Shown here: in pieces, positions 9,631 through 19,769 of the stretch
Layout of the letters: the number at the start of each line of letters is the position of its first letter
How positions within the stretch are numbered: the first letter of the stretch is position 1
Origin: a virus
Lineage: Duplodnaviria; Caudoviricetes
Length of the DNA: 42,624 bases
IMG/VR virus record: IMGVR_UViG_3300019781_000014
Coordinates: 1-42,624 of that record
Reading direction: 5' to 3' (one strand)
Program-made: the position numbers and the translations under genes
Notes under the pieces: model-generated
Databases searched by the model: none
What the model was told of the DNA's origin: nothing
What the model saw: only the letters and a program-made list of their open reading frames with translations

Positions 9631-12600
9631 ATGGACAACCTCTTTGCTCGTGAGGAAGCATTCGACACTGAGATCAATTCTGGCCTCATTGCTAATACTT
9701 CTGATTCTCAAACTAACATTCTGCAAAGCATTGCTGGTGGTATTACAGCCACCGCAGTAGACATTGGTGCATCCGTCTGGAACTCTTTGCCGGGTACTGA
9801 TGAAGTATCTACAGAAGAACTTCTTGGGCGCATTAGTGGAGATGCGCTTAAAATCTACCAAGAAAGCCCTGATCTTATTAAGACTGCTTCTCTTATTGGT
9901 GGCGCTATTCTTCCCGGTGGCCTAGCTGTCAAGGGGATGAATGCTATGCGCAATGGCTCTAAGGCTGTTAACTTCTTTACTACTGCCGGAAAGCGTAAGG
10001 ATGTAGCAGCAGCTGCTGAGCTGTTTGCAAATGGCGCTAAGGATACTACTAAGTATAAGCAACTGATCTGGGGTATGCGTGGCAAGACTGCCCTTAATCA
10101 GACTGCTGATGCAGTAGCTGCTGAGCTTGCTATTCTGGGTACCATGAATGCTCATAGCTACATGGAAGATTACATGGAAGATGGGCTGTCTAACTTTGCA
10201 CTGAGCGTAGCTCTTGGTGGCGGAGTGGGCACAGCTGCGGGTCTTATTTCTGACGCATACCAGCTTCGTCGAGCTACGGCAGCAGTAGAGACTTCCACCT
10301 TTAGGCAGATCCTTGACGTAGTTAAGCCTGTTGGCCCATCTATGCCAGAAGCTACTAAGATTCAGACTCTCGGCTTGAATGCTAAGAATCTGGACAACAT
10401 CATTGCTTCTAGGAAAGCTGCTGGTAAGACTGAGTTTGATGATCTTACTTATGGCTATGCTCTTAAGACTCAGCGTGAGATGCAGAAGGAGCAGCTTGAA
10501 GTATTTGAAGCAATGCTTGGTGGCGCAGCTAAAGACTTGGATCAGCCTACAAAGCTCCAGCTTATGGATACTGTAGGTAATGGGCCAGGCTGGTGGGGAG
10601 TAGAAAAGATCAAGCATATTGACGCACCTGAGATTCTCTCTAGCGTGAAGATGAATAACCTTCTCTTGAAGAATCCTGTACTCAAGGCAGTGAATAAAGT
10701 AGGCAATGAAGTAGCTGTGCCTGCTGTATACTTTCCTGAGACTGGCCAGTTTGGAACTGCTAAAGATGTTCAGCATTATGCTGGCATGGCAGCCCTGCGC
10801 TTGTCTGATAAGGACATTGCTAAGACTATTCCAGAAAGTAGCTTGCTCCCTAATAATGAGTATTCTTTCACAGCTCTCGGCAAATCTACTGCTGCGGCTG
10901 AGACAGAGTTTGCTGCATGGGTGAATAGATTCAGTGGAATGGATGATGCTACCTTTGCTGCTTATGTGACTAAATCCAAAGTAGCTCCTGGGGATATTCC
11001 TCAAGTGCAGGCTTTGGTCAATAGGATTTCTACGTCTGAGGAGCTTCGTGCTGGTACTACTATTAAGCTCGCAGGCAAAGATGCTGTGGCGGCTGATGGC
11101 ATTACTCGGCCTACTAGTATCACTGCCACTTTGCAGGACCTTAAGGATACTCTGGCAGCTGAGAAGTACAGCATGACCCAGCAGCTTATCCAACGTGGCT
11201 ATCCTCCAGCTGTGATTGCTAAGCGAGTTAACATTCCAGAAGACTCTCTTCAGCAGTTTATTGCGACTGATCGTAGCTTGGATTCGTTCAAAGCATTGCC
11301 TGAGCTTAGCAAGTTTAAGTCTGCGGCTGATGTAGCAGAGGCTAATAAGGCTATCAATCGTCCAGTGCAGTTGGCTGGTAACATGAAGAAGGTCTCCTAT
11401 ACTCAGGGAGCTGCTAACCTTAACGCACGTTCATTGACTAACATTGATGGAGCTATTAAGTCAGCTGCTTTGATGAACTCTGAGTCAGAAGCTGCACGAG
11501 GCTTGGGCCAGTTCTTGTTCGGAGACATGAAGAATGCTCTGGACATTGCTAGGATGAACCTCTCTAAGATTACCAACGAAGCAGCTGGTAATCGCTTCAT
11601 CACGTCTGCTGATCAGGCTGCTCGTAATATGGGAGAGATTGGTCCTATTTTCTCTGCTATTGGCAAGCAGGTGCAGAAGATTGCTAACGACCAAGAGACT
11701 CGTACTCTGAAACCTATCACAGACTTTATGGCAGCAGTGTCTAAAGATGTGGCCTCTCTTACTGACTTCACTGTAGCACATAACATCAATGCAAGTCTGC
11801 GTGGCTGGAGAGTCTATAAGGATAAACAGTTCTGGCAGAAGGTTGAAAAGCTTGGAGAGAATGGCAAGCCAGTGACTGTGCTCGAACCTGTAACATATAA
11901 TGGTAAGCCATTCACCGTGGCTACTGAAGCTGCTGACAAGCTCCTTACGCAAATGCAGGTTTCATCTAAGGAACTCTATGAGCTTTCTTCAGTTAGCCGC
12001 CGTATCACTGGCAGCGCTAATCTTAGCGATATTGGTCTTTGGATTCCTTCCTTTAATCCCGTGGATAAGTTTATTGCTTATGTTCATGACCGTGCTTCAG
12101 ACACTACTCGTATGCTTTGGGGCAAGACTAAGGCTGAGCTTGACGATGCTATTAGAACTTTCTCTCCTGAGCTCCAGAAAAACTCCAACCTGATTATTGT
12201 CACTAAAGATAATCAGCAATGGTGGAGTAAGCTCAATGGACGTCTTGATGCTGTCAACATGGAACGTGCTGATGTTGGCATGGTTAAGACTGGTACTGGT
12301 GCCTCAGCTATTCCTAAGATTTCTACTGATGTGCTGGCTGAGACTGCTGGTGGTTATCAGCATTACATTAACTCTCAAGTGAGGAACTTGGCTGATCTGT
12401 CTCTGAGTGACATTACTGATACTTTGGATAACTTCTCAGCTATTAATAAGTCTGCTACTGAAGGGCAGACGCTCAGCTTCGTTCGTAGTATTACTCAAGC
12501 TCCTAAGGATGCAGCTGCTTCTATGAAGAACTTGCTGCTGGGTAATCCTTCTCTTGGTGAATATGAAGGATGGAAGAGTATCAATAAGAGCTTTGAAGTT

Positions 12601-14307
12601 GGCATGTCAATGGGCGCCAATGCAGTAGGTACTGCTTTCAAACTTGCTACTTCTCCTAGGTTCAAGAATCCCCTGTCGTCTAAGAAGGCGCTTGACCCAG
12701 AGGCTATGAAAACTTTCAACTATGAGGTCTTTGAGAAGGAACTTGCTAAGGCTGGCGTAGTTAATCCTTTCGATGTCTATGACAAGGCTACAGCCATTGA
12801 GAAGTATGGCGTGTCTACGCTGCTGGATACTCCTGACACTAGCAAGCGGATCATCACAGCATCTAACGCTCTGGCTGCTACTGTAGCTCTGCGCTTTGGA
12901 GAACTGGCTCATCCTATCGTGAACCTTATGAGTATGCCTATCCTGATGGGACTGGCTAACTCTAAGCACATGCCTGAGACATTCATGGGAGTAGCTAAAG
13001 GCTCTGCTAAAGTGCCCACTACTCAGATCATGTTTGAAGGCGCACGGATGATGAACTCGCCTAGGTTTGCTGCTCTTAACAAGAAGTGGGAAGACCTTGG
13101 CTACTTTACTCCACTTGTGTCAGAAGCTTCTGAGGTGCTGCGTGCTAGTAGAAGTTTCGAGAAGGGTGCTGTAGCTAAGATTGAGAATGCACTTGACTCT
13201 AAGATTGTGGAAGTCTTGTCTAAGCCAGCTGACCTGTCAGAAGGATTGAGCCGCAAGATTACTATGAACACTGGAGCTGCTCTGGCTAAGCGTCTGTATC
13301 CTGAGCTTGACGATAATGGTATCACCATCTTCGCTAGGGACTTCATGGATAAGGCGCTAGGAAACTACACAGCATCTCAGCGTCCTGCGTTCTTTCAGGG
13401 GACAATGGGTGTGGCTATGGGTTTGTTTCAAACCTACATGCTGACGCTTGCGCAGGGCGTTTATCGATCTGTAGAGTTGAAAGATTGGGCCACACTCTCA
13501 AAGACCGCTATGGCCCAGACAACGGTGTTTGGAACCAGCTCACTGCCGGGTTTCGATTACGTTAGCAAAGCCATTGCAGAGAATTTCTCTGACGATAACG
13601 TAGACCTTACGACAGGAACTTACAGAGCCCTAGGAGATTCTGCCGCTGAGTTTGCTCTTTATGGTATGCCTTCTAACCTGACAGGTGCAGCGTTCTATAC
13701 TCGCGGTGATGTGGACCCTAGGTTGCCAAACGTACTAGCAGGTGCTGACAACATCGTAGCTGTTAATATGGCTATCCAAGCTGCTCAGGCAGTGGGTTCT
13801 GTAGGTAAGGCCATTGCTTCTGGAGATCAAGATACAGGCCAAGCTATTCTGCAAGCCTTGTCTCTTCAAAGCATGAGTAGGCCACTGGCTCGTGGGGCTG
13901 AGCTTTTGTCGGACTACAGTATGACTCGTGCAGGTAACACTGTACAGAATGCTGAAGAAGTCTGGAGTACCACTGGAGTTATTGCAAGGGTCATGGCCTT
14001 GCGTCCTATGGAAGAAGCTAAACTCCGTGAGGCACAGCATCTGAATCAATACTACGGAGCTATGGACAGGGACAATAGGCAGGCTGTAGTTAACAAGCTG
14101 CGTACTGCTATTCGAAATGGTACTGTGGATTCTGAGCGTATTGCAGGATGGGCCGAGGAATACTTTAGAAACAATGGTACTCCTACTGGCTGGCGCTCTG
14201 CTTATAAGTCTGCTATTGCTAAGACAGACATGAGTGGCAAGGAGGCTTTGATGGATAAGCTTCGAGATGATGATCCACTAAACTTCATGATTAACAATCT
14301 GGACTGA
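9631..14307 (+). CDS. Large internal virion / DNA ejection protein (T7 gp16-like role)
   Basis: 1558 aa, Ala-rich, last gene of the structural arm, with hydrophobic Gly/Ala helices; no RNAP DxDGD or DFDGD motif seen. Confidence 0.65.
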   Translation: MDNLFAREEAFDTEINSGLIANTSDSQTNILQSIAGGITATAVDIGASVWNSLPGTDEVSTEELLGRISGDALKIYQESPDLIKTASLIGGAILPGGLAVKGMNAMRNGSKAVNFFTTAGKRKDVAAAAELFANGAKDTTKYKQLIWGMRGKTALNQTADAVAAELAILGTMNAHSYMEDYMEDGLSNFALSVALGGGVGTAAGLISDAYQLRRATAAVETSTFRQILDVVKPVGPSMPEATKIQTLGLNAKNLDNIIASRKAAGKTEFDDLTYGYALKTQREMQKEQLEVFEAMLGGAAKDLDQPTKLQLMDTVGNGPGWWGVEKIKHIDAPEILSSVKMNNLLLKNPVLKAVNKVGNEVAVPAVYFPETGQFGTAKDVQHYAGMAALRLSDKDIAKTIPESSLLPNNEYSFTALGKSTAAAETEFAAWVNRFSGMDDATFAAYVTKSKVAPGDIPQVQALVNRISTSEELRAGTTIKLAGKDAVAADGITRPTSITATLQDLKDTLAAEKYSMTQQLIQRGYPPAVIAKRVNIPEDSLQQFIATDRSLDSFKALPELSKFKSAADVAEANKAINRPVQLAGNMKKVSYTQGAANLNARSLTNIDGAIKSAALMNSESEAARGLGQFLFGDMKNALDIARMNLSKITNEAAGNRFITSADQAARNMGEIGPIFSAIGKQVQKIANDQETRTLKPITDFMAAVSKDVASLTDFTVAHNINASLRGWRVYKDKQFWQKVEKLGENGKPVTVLEPVTYNGKPFTVATEAADKLLTQMQVSSKELYELSSVSRRITGSANLSDIGLWIPSFNPVDKFIAYVHDRASDTTRMLWGKTKAELDDAIRTFSPELQKNSNLIIVTKDNQQWWSKLNGRLDAVNMERADVGMVKTGTGASAIPKISTDVLAETAGGYQHYINSQVRNLADLSLSDITDTLDNFSAINKSATEGQTLSFVRSITQAPKDAAASMKNLLLGNPSLGEYEGWKSINKSFEVGMSMGANAVGTAFKLATSPRFKNPLSSKKALDPEAMKTFNYEVFEKELAKAGVVNPFDVYDKATAIEKYGVSTLLDTPDTSKRIITASNALAATVALRFGELAHPIVNLMSMPILMGLANSKHMPETFMGVAKGSAKVPTTQIMFEGARMMNSPRFAALNKKWEDLGYFTPLVSEASEVLRASRSFEKGAVAKIENALDSKIVEVLSKPADLSEGLSRKITMNTGAALAKRLYPELDDNGITIFARDFMDKALGNYTASQRPAFFQGTMGVAMGLFQTYMLTLAQGVYRSVELKDWATLSKTAMAQTTVFGTSSLPGFDYVSKAIAENFSDDNVDLTTGTYRALGDSAAEFALYGMPSNLTGAAFYTRGDVDPRLPNVLAGADNIVAVNMAIQAAQAVGSVGKAIASGDQDTGQAILQALSLQSMSRPLARGAELLSDYSMTRAGNTVQNAEEVWSTTGVIARVMALRPMEEAKLREAQHLNQYYGAMDRDNRQAVVNKLRTAIRNGTVDSERIAGWAEEYFRNNGTPTGWRSAYKSAIAKTDMSGKEALMDKLRDDDPLNFMINNLD

Positions 14308-14310
14308 CGT

Positions 14311-14351
14311 AAAAAAGCCCCAAGGACCTAAGAATCCAAGGGGCTTTTCTT
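14311..14351. terminator. Bidirectional rho-independent terminator
   Basis: AAAAAAGCCCC-aa-GGA-loop-TCC-aa-GGGGCTTTTCTT, between the convergent arms, with T tracts on both strands. Confidence 0.9.
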
Positions 14352-14356
14352 GTCTG

Positions 14357-14620
14357 CTAAAGAGCAAACTGATCTGCGTAGACCTTATTCAGAATGTCCG
14401 GGTCCAACTTCATCATAGCGGGAGTTACTGTCCGCTTGACTTCTCCTAGAACCCATAGCTCCATAACTTCTGCAATAGAGTTATGTCGCCAACCTGAGAA
14501 CTTACGCTCTTTGAGTTCAGAGGAAGTAGCAAAGTCATTATGATCGCTACGCTTATGCTTCTCTGTAGCTGCGTTACGATCAAAACTTTGGTACGAGCTA
14601 CGCTCATTGCTATTCGCCAT
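14357..14620 (-). CDS. Hypothetical protein
   Basis: Start moved to ATG 14620 (AAGGAG RBS); 87 aa. Confidence 0.7.
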   Translation of the reverse strand: MANSNERSSYQSFDRNAATEKHKRSDHNDFATSSELKERKFSGWRHNSIAEVMELWVLGEVKRTVTPAMMKLDPDILNKVYADQFAL

Positions 14621-15095
14621 AGTAAGCACTCCTTAAAATTCTACGCAATCTGTCATCAACTTCACTGCGTGGAAGCTCATCTTTGTTGTAAGTAACACGG
14701 AGATTAAAAGCAGGAATAAGCTCAGCTACAGAACAAAAGAATTTATTAAACTCTCTATCCTTGGCTGCAATCTTATCTAACTTATCCCGAATCCGATGAA
14801 ATTCCTTTCGCTCTTCTACAGTCAATGCATCAAGAGCTGCGGCTGGGATTCTGAAATAAGCTTGCTCAGAATTAATTGGATGCCTACGATCTTCTGGCTG
14901 TACTAGTTCTCCCCATCCAGTAGCAGAATTCCAGTACCTGCCAGTGCTGGTCTTGAAAGAATGAGTCTGTGAAGGAACACATCCTTGCTTGGAAGGAATC
15001 CAATAGTCTCCTTCATTCAAAGCATAGTGCGTAACTGTCTCATGCAGTACCAAACTTCTAAGAGCAAAATCTAGATCATATACTTTGTTGCCCAT
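14610..15095 (-). CDS. Hypothetical protein
   Basis: Start moved to ATG 15095 (TAAGGA RBS); 161 aa. Confidence 0.65.
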   Translation of the reverse strand: MGNKVYDLDFALRSLVLHETVTHYALNEGDYWIPSKQGCVPSQTHSFKTSTGRYWNSATGWGELVQPEDRRHPINSEQAYFRIPAAALDALTVEERKEFHRIRDKLDKIAAKDREFNKFFCSVAELIPAFNLRVTYNKDELPRSEVDDRLRRILRSAYYGE

Positions 15096-15141
15096 AATAT
15101 CTTCCTTAGTTCTGTATCTATAATGGAAACGCAGCCTATGT

Positions 15142-16119
15142 TTAAGACTGCGCAAGAATGTGGTTCCGTTCGACTCTGAATCCTGCCGCATGTTTATGCC
15201 CTCCTCCATTATACATTGAAGCTATTGCACTAACATCAAGACCATTGTCTGCGCTACGTAAGCTGAAAATACGATGGGTAGCAGTATCCCAGTAGCAAGC
15301 AGCAAATACTTTCCCCTCTTCGTGAGCGACTGCCATCGCATGACCAGCATCAGAAGTAAGAGTGTAAGGCAGACTAGCAGTAGGTACGTTATGCTCGCCG
15401 ATAACCATGAAACGTTGGCATACATCGAGAAGCTCCTTAATATCTTTATGGTGTTTACGTTCAATAGCAGCACCGGCTACTGTCATTTGCAGAAGTTCTC
15501 CTTGGGCGGCTGTCATTAGCTTGTCCCAATTCTCGAATGTGTATTCGTAGGAGAATACGTTAGCATTAACCTCACGAGAATTTACTAGCTTGAACTTCCA
15601 CAAGTCCCGGTCTTGAATATACTTGAGAAGAACAGGAGGAGCTACGTAATATTCACTGCCAGCTGGATGGGTATTAGTAGGCTCTCCATTAACATGCTCA
15701 CTGTTGAACAGATAATCCCAAGCTAGCATAGCACCACTGCGCTCAAGATCAGTAAAGGCCAGGATAGTACCGTCACTAATCAGAGTAGCAAGGTCTTCAA
15801 TAGCAGTCTTGTGGTGATCGATAAGAATAATCTTCTTAGCCTTAGATGCCATCTCTGCTACGACAGCAGATTTATAGCTAAAGTCCACCAGATAAACAAC
15901 CCGATCTGTAACATCAGGAGGAGGATCATTATAAATGCCAGCATGGAAATCGAACTCCTGTTCCCAATATTGTTGCACATGGTAGAAGCACCATGCAGCT
16001 GAGAATCCATCAGCACATTTGCCATGATAGATTACAAGTGGATTAGGATTTGGTGGAATGTCATCAAGTCCCTCTAGTGTATCCACTACTGTTCCTGCGT
16101 TCTTGTCAACTAAAATCAT
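15142..16119 (-). CDS. DHH/DHHA1 family phosphoesterase
   Basis: YHGKCADG, VYLVDFS, IDHHKT, SGAMLAW, QDRDLW, FSLRS, GGGHKHAAGF; start at ATG 16119 (AGGAG RBS). Confidence 0.9.
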   Translation of the reverse strand: MILVDKNAGTVVDTLEGLDDIPPNPNPLVIYHGKCADGFSAAWCFYHVQQYWEQEFDFHAGIYNDPPPDVTDRVVYLVDFSYKSAVVAEMASKAKKIILIDHHKTAIEDLATLISDGTILAFTDLERSGAMLAWDYLFNSEHVNGEPTNTHPAGSEYYVAPPVLLKYIQDRDLWKFKLVNSREVNANVFSYEYTFENWDKLMTAAQGELLQMTVAGAAIERKHHKDIKELLDVCQRFMVIGEHNVPTASLPYTLTSDAGHAMAVAHEEGKVFAACYWDTATHRIFSLRSADNGLDVSAIASMYNGGGHKHAAGFRVERNHILAQS

Positions 16120-17378
16120 ATCAGCTCCTGTTCTGTCAACCAACTAAGATCAAGAAGATGTGCTGGCCATTCCTTCTTGGGTTTATGTAGTGGAAGATAC
16201 CCACTCTTGCCACCTACGTTCACAGCCTGTATCTTCTCAGAGTGTTTCAAGTTCTGAAGAATGTCTACAAGCTCTGACATCTTTCCAATATCTCTACTAA
16301 TAACTCTAAACAATTCTGCTGGAGTCTGAGGCTTCTGGCAATTAGCTAGGTGAGACAGCAGCTTGCCAGCTACAGAAGAATATTTAGATGCGCCAAATTC
16401 TCCCAATGCTCTTGGCATGTGCCTCTCTGCCATTACAAGAACTGTGTTAGCTCTCTTGATATGCAGCGGAAGAATCTTATGAGACTTATCAAACACAGCT
16501 AAGATCATTGAGATTTTAAGCAGGTGTGTAAATCTACGTTGTTGGTAGTGGATGAATCGAGGGTCTTCTACAGGGATTTCTTTTTCATATATCTCCTTGC
16601 CAATAAGTTTAGCTTCTGTTGAAACAATAATCTCTCCTTTGATTTCATCCTTGACTTCGATCATCCTGTTAACAAGCATAGATTGTGCAAGCTTGTCTGG
16701 AGGAGAAGGCCAAGCAATCTTATTAGATGTAGGCTCAGCATGAAGAAGAATGACACGAGAGAGAAAGCCGTTACCCAGAGCTTCTGGAGGGAATGCTAAT
16801 GCGAAACCATCTGGTGTGTTAGCTCCAATCATATTAACGGTAGGCTTAAATACTTCCACACTCTTACCTTGAATCTTAGGATGCTTGTAGTCGTCCAAGT
16901 TATCCCAGAGATTAGTCAGCAGTGTAATGAACTCCATGTTGCCTTGGCCAATAAAATCTGTGAACTCTCCTGCCATTACATAAGACTCAGCAGGTTCACC
17001 GAAAGCTAACTCTTCAATGTCATCAACCATAGGTCCATTAGAAGACAGATCAAACTGCTTCATGTCCATTAGGAACCGTTCTTTAGAAGTCTTGTCTGCT
17101 GAGAATCTGCTGAATCCAGAAGCCTTGAGTAGCTTCCTGCCAACAGCCATAGCAGCTCCCTTCCTAGTACCCGGTGATCCCATCAACATGATGTACTGGT
17201 TAGGATAGATAGGACCAATCCCGAAGTCTATCCAAACCTTGCGCCCCATATAAGCACCAAGAATACTAAGGCAAACCCATCTATGATAGATAGCTGGCGC
17301 CTCAGAATTATCGATATCGCATAGACGCATGTAAGAACTAACAAAGTCATCGCCAATCCTAATAGGGTTCTGTGTCAT
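16116..17378 (-). CDS. DUF3987-like P-loop helicase with C-terminal winged helix
   Basis: APAIYHRW, IYPNQYIMLMGSPGTRKG (P-loop), LTNLWD, GANTP, GFLSR; HTH-like C-terminus. Confidence 0.7.
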   Translation of the reverse strand: MTQNPIRIGDDFVSSYMRLCDIDNSEAPAIYHRWVCLSILGAYMGRKVWIDFGIGPIYPNQYIMLMGSPGTRKGAAMAVGRKLLKASGFSRFSADKTSKERFLMDMKQFDLSSNGPMVDDIEELAFGEPAESYVMAGEFTDFIGQGNMEFITLLTNLWDNLDDYKHPKIQGKSVEVFKPTVNMIGANTPDGFALAFPPEALGNGFLSRVILLHAEPTSNKIAWPSPPDKLAQSMLVNRMIEVKDEIKGEIIVSTEAKLIGKEIYEKEIPVEDPRFIHYQQRRFTHLLKISMILAVFDKSHKILPLHIKRANTVLVMAERHMPRALGEFGASKYSSVAGKLLSHLANCQKPQTPAELFRVISRDIGKMSELVDILQNLKHSEKIQAVNVGGKSGYLPLHKPKKEWPAHLLDLSWLTEQELI

Positions 17379-19669
17379 TTCCGGCCCTTGTATTTGACAG
17401 TACCATTTGGGTTGTTCTCATCTGCCTCTCCCCAATTCTGCCCATACTTAATGTCAATAGGAATGATTAGCGTACGTCCATGAATCTTGACGGGATTATA
17501 CATGCATCCTGCAAGTCTCTCTGCGAACTCATCTCTTCTGCTGATACGCCACTGTCCAAAGATACTGTCATGGATCTGAGCTTTGATTCGAAAATCTCCG
17601 TCACTAGGGATGACAATCTCTCTGTAAGATCGTACAAATCCTTTGTTGAGAATGCTGACTGAGAGTTGCTGAGGTTGATGTGCAACTGCCCCTCTAAGCA
17701 TAGCATGATTTCTATCGATGTCACCGAAGAATCTGCGTGTCTGGCCAAGGGGCGAGACAAGATAGCCAGTGGTCTTGATTTCATTCTTAATCTCCTGATA
17801 CCAGAGTCTAACTCTAGGAAAGGGCTCATGATAAAGGTCAAGCAATTCTTTAGCAAAGCCCTTAAGAGTACGCTGTTGCTTGTTGTTTGCCTTAACAATA
17901 TCTACAATCTCTAAGCCAAGCTTCGCTGCTGTCTGATACAAGATGCGAGCGCCAATGTTCTCAATGAAAGTCCCTGCGCCCATCATGTAGTTAGTACCGT
18001 GCACAATCTTCTTAAGCACCTTGTTACGAAAGAAGTCATTGACCTCCTCGTAAGGCATCTTGAAGAACAGAGTACCTAGCGTGCGATAGAAGTCCTTTTC
18101 TGCATCTTCCAACGCAGCGATAAGAGCTTCTTCTTGTGAACAATATGCTGTGGTTCTACCCTCGGATTGTTTATTATCTGCTTCGAATATCTCGAATCCT
18201 TCATCAGCGATAAGCATTGGCTTGGCATAGCCGGGAATGTTCTGGACTTGAGTACCGACCCATAGACTAGAAGCTGAACACGCCATCCTGCTCGTATCAG
18301 TGCCGAAAGGGTTAAGCGCCCACAGTAACCTTCCACGCCATTGGAGAAAATCATAGTACGTGCCGATAGCCTTCTGACTTCCACGATACTCCAAGATCTC
18401 TTCGCATATACGAGCAAGCAAGGGGTGTTGCTCAGAGACAGCCTTAAGATTCTTCTCATCCGTGCCGGACTTACTCTTTCCGATCTTCGGTTTCTTAGCT
18501 CCAAAGACATCGTAGACATATTTCTCTACCTGTTGCCAGCTACCTGGATTAAAGTTAGGGTCTGCAAACATTGTCTGCAAGCGACTCATTGCTTCCTGCA
18601 AACGAATATCAGCTGCTGTTCTAAGTTCTACTCGTTTCTCTTGGTCAATCTTAATGCCCTCAAAGTTAGAGTAGAGTGATGGATAGACTAAAGGGAACTG
18701 ATCTTTGTAGTTAGTGAAGGCGTAGGACTGAGAGTATCGAAGCTGGTCAATAAAGATCCTAGCTGTGTACCATGTATCCTTGGCGTTATAAGCCCAATAC
18801 TTTTCCTGATCCCGTTTCTTGGAAGCAGACTCAGCATCATCTTTCCAGAACACATAGTCATACAAGACATAAGATGCTACAAAGTCAAGGGACTTAGGCA
18901 GCTCAGAGTATTCCGAATGCGCCAAGTACATTGTGTCGAGCGTGTAATGAGTTGGCTCACAATGGTAGCGGATCAAGTGAGTGGAATCATACATGCCATT
19001 GTGCATTGCCTTAGGGATAGGCAGAGCATTGACACGGCGCATGAACTTAATAGCTGCAATATAATCCCTGTCATCTGCCCAATGATCGCCATCGAAATCT
19101 ATGAGAGGGAGAACGAAAGTTCTAAGTGTGCCATCAGCGAATACGCCAGTCCAAGCTGCACAAGTAATAAGCGTAGGTCCACCCTCCAGCTCCGTAGGTC
19201 CGGGCAGAGTCTTAGTCTCAACGTCATGAGCAAGGAAGATAGCTCCGGAGAGTTCCTCTAAGCAGGACTCCATAGCATAGCGATCCAACAGCTTCTTGTA
19301 AGAGAAGGGCTGAGGCTTAACAAATATCTTCTTGAGCTTACGAAGATCCTGCTCAAGCAGCCAGCTACCATAAGGCACTGTGTGCATATGAGCCAGCTTG
19401 TTAATGATGATCGTAGGAATGTCGAAGTTAAGCCGGGTGCCGCGCCACTTATCTACAGTAGGCTTCTCACCGGGAACAAGGTAATGAAGAGTCTGTTCGT
19501 TGCAGCAAACAATAGCAGAACAGCCAGCCAGTTTAGCTTTCTCTAGAAGTTCTCCAATGGTCAGGTTCATAGCAGTAGAGACTGCATCTATTCCAAGACG
19601 GCGGAACATATGGGCAATGCCACCAAGATAATCCTTTTCGGATTTTTCGTAGTTCAGAAGAACTCGCAT
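17375..19669 (-). CDS. polA: DNA polymerase family A with 3'-5' exonuclease and an extra N-terminal domain
   Basis: ExoI HDVET, ExoII HNGMYD, ExoIII YNAKD; motif A DNKQSEGR, motif B KKIVHGTNY, motif C QIHDS. Confidence 0.95.
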   Translation of the reverse strand: MRVLLNYEKSEKDYLGGIAHMFRRLGIDAVSTAMNLTIGELLEKAKLAGCSAIVCCNEQTLHYLVPGEKPTVDKWRGTRLNFDIPTIIINKLAHMHTVPYGSWLLEQDLRKLKKIFVKPQPFSYKKLLDRYAMESCLEELSGAIFLAHDVETKTLPGPTELEGGPTLITCAAWTGVFADGTLRTFVLPLIDFDGDHWADDRDYIAAIKFMRRVNALPIPKAMHNGMYDSTHLIRYHCEPTHYTLDTMYLAHSEYSELPKSLDFVASYVLYDYVFWKDDAESASKKRDQEKYWAYNAKDTWYTARIFIDQLRYSQSYAFTNYKDQFPLVYPSLYSNFEGIKIDQEKRVELRTAADIRLQEAMSRLQTMFADPNFNPGSWQQVEKYVYDVFGAKKPKIGKSKSGTDEKNLKAVSEQHPLLARICEEILEYRGSQKAIGTYYDFLQWRGRLLWALNPFGTDTSRMACSASSLWVGTQVQNIPGYAKPMLIADEGFEIFEADNKQSEGRTTAYCSQEEALIAALEDAEKDFYRTLGTLFFKMPYEEVNDFFRNKVLKKIVHGTNYMMGAGTFIENIGARILYQTAAKLGLEIVDIVKANNKQQRTLKGFAKELLDLYHEPFPRVRLWYQEIKNEIKTTGYLVSPLGQTRRFFGDIDRNHAMLRGAVAHQPQQLSVSILNKGFVRSYREIVIPSDGDFRIKAQIHDSIFGQWRISRRDEFAERLAGCMYNPVKIHGRTLIIPIDIKYGQNWGEADENNPNGTVKYKGRK

Positions 19670-19713
19670 AACTTCCTTCTTTTAATGGCCAAGGGACAGG
19701 GAGAATAAGTGAG

Positions 19714-19750
19714 AATGCCATCTACAAACTTATGATCTGTAAATGGCATT
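19714..19750 (-). promoter_or_regulatory. 16-bp RNA hairpin between the SSB and polA genes (attenuator or processing site)
   Basis: AAUGCCAUUUACAGAU-CAUAA-GUUUGUAGAUGGCAUU pairs fully with G:U wobbles on the - strand; the U tract is weak. Confidence 0.6.
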
Positions 19751-19769
19751 AGCATTACTCTGTTAGAGT

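Noticed and set aside
9922-11193. 423-aa antisense ORF inside the 1558-aa gene
   Set aside because: Ser-rich shadow of GCT/ACT codons; no independent expression signals.
9631-14307. Virion RNA polymerase
   Set aside because: No DxDGD, DFDGD or T7-type RNAP motifs seen; composition fits an ejection protein.
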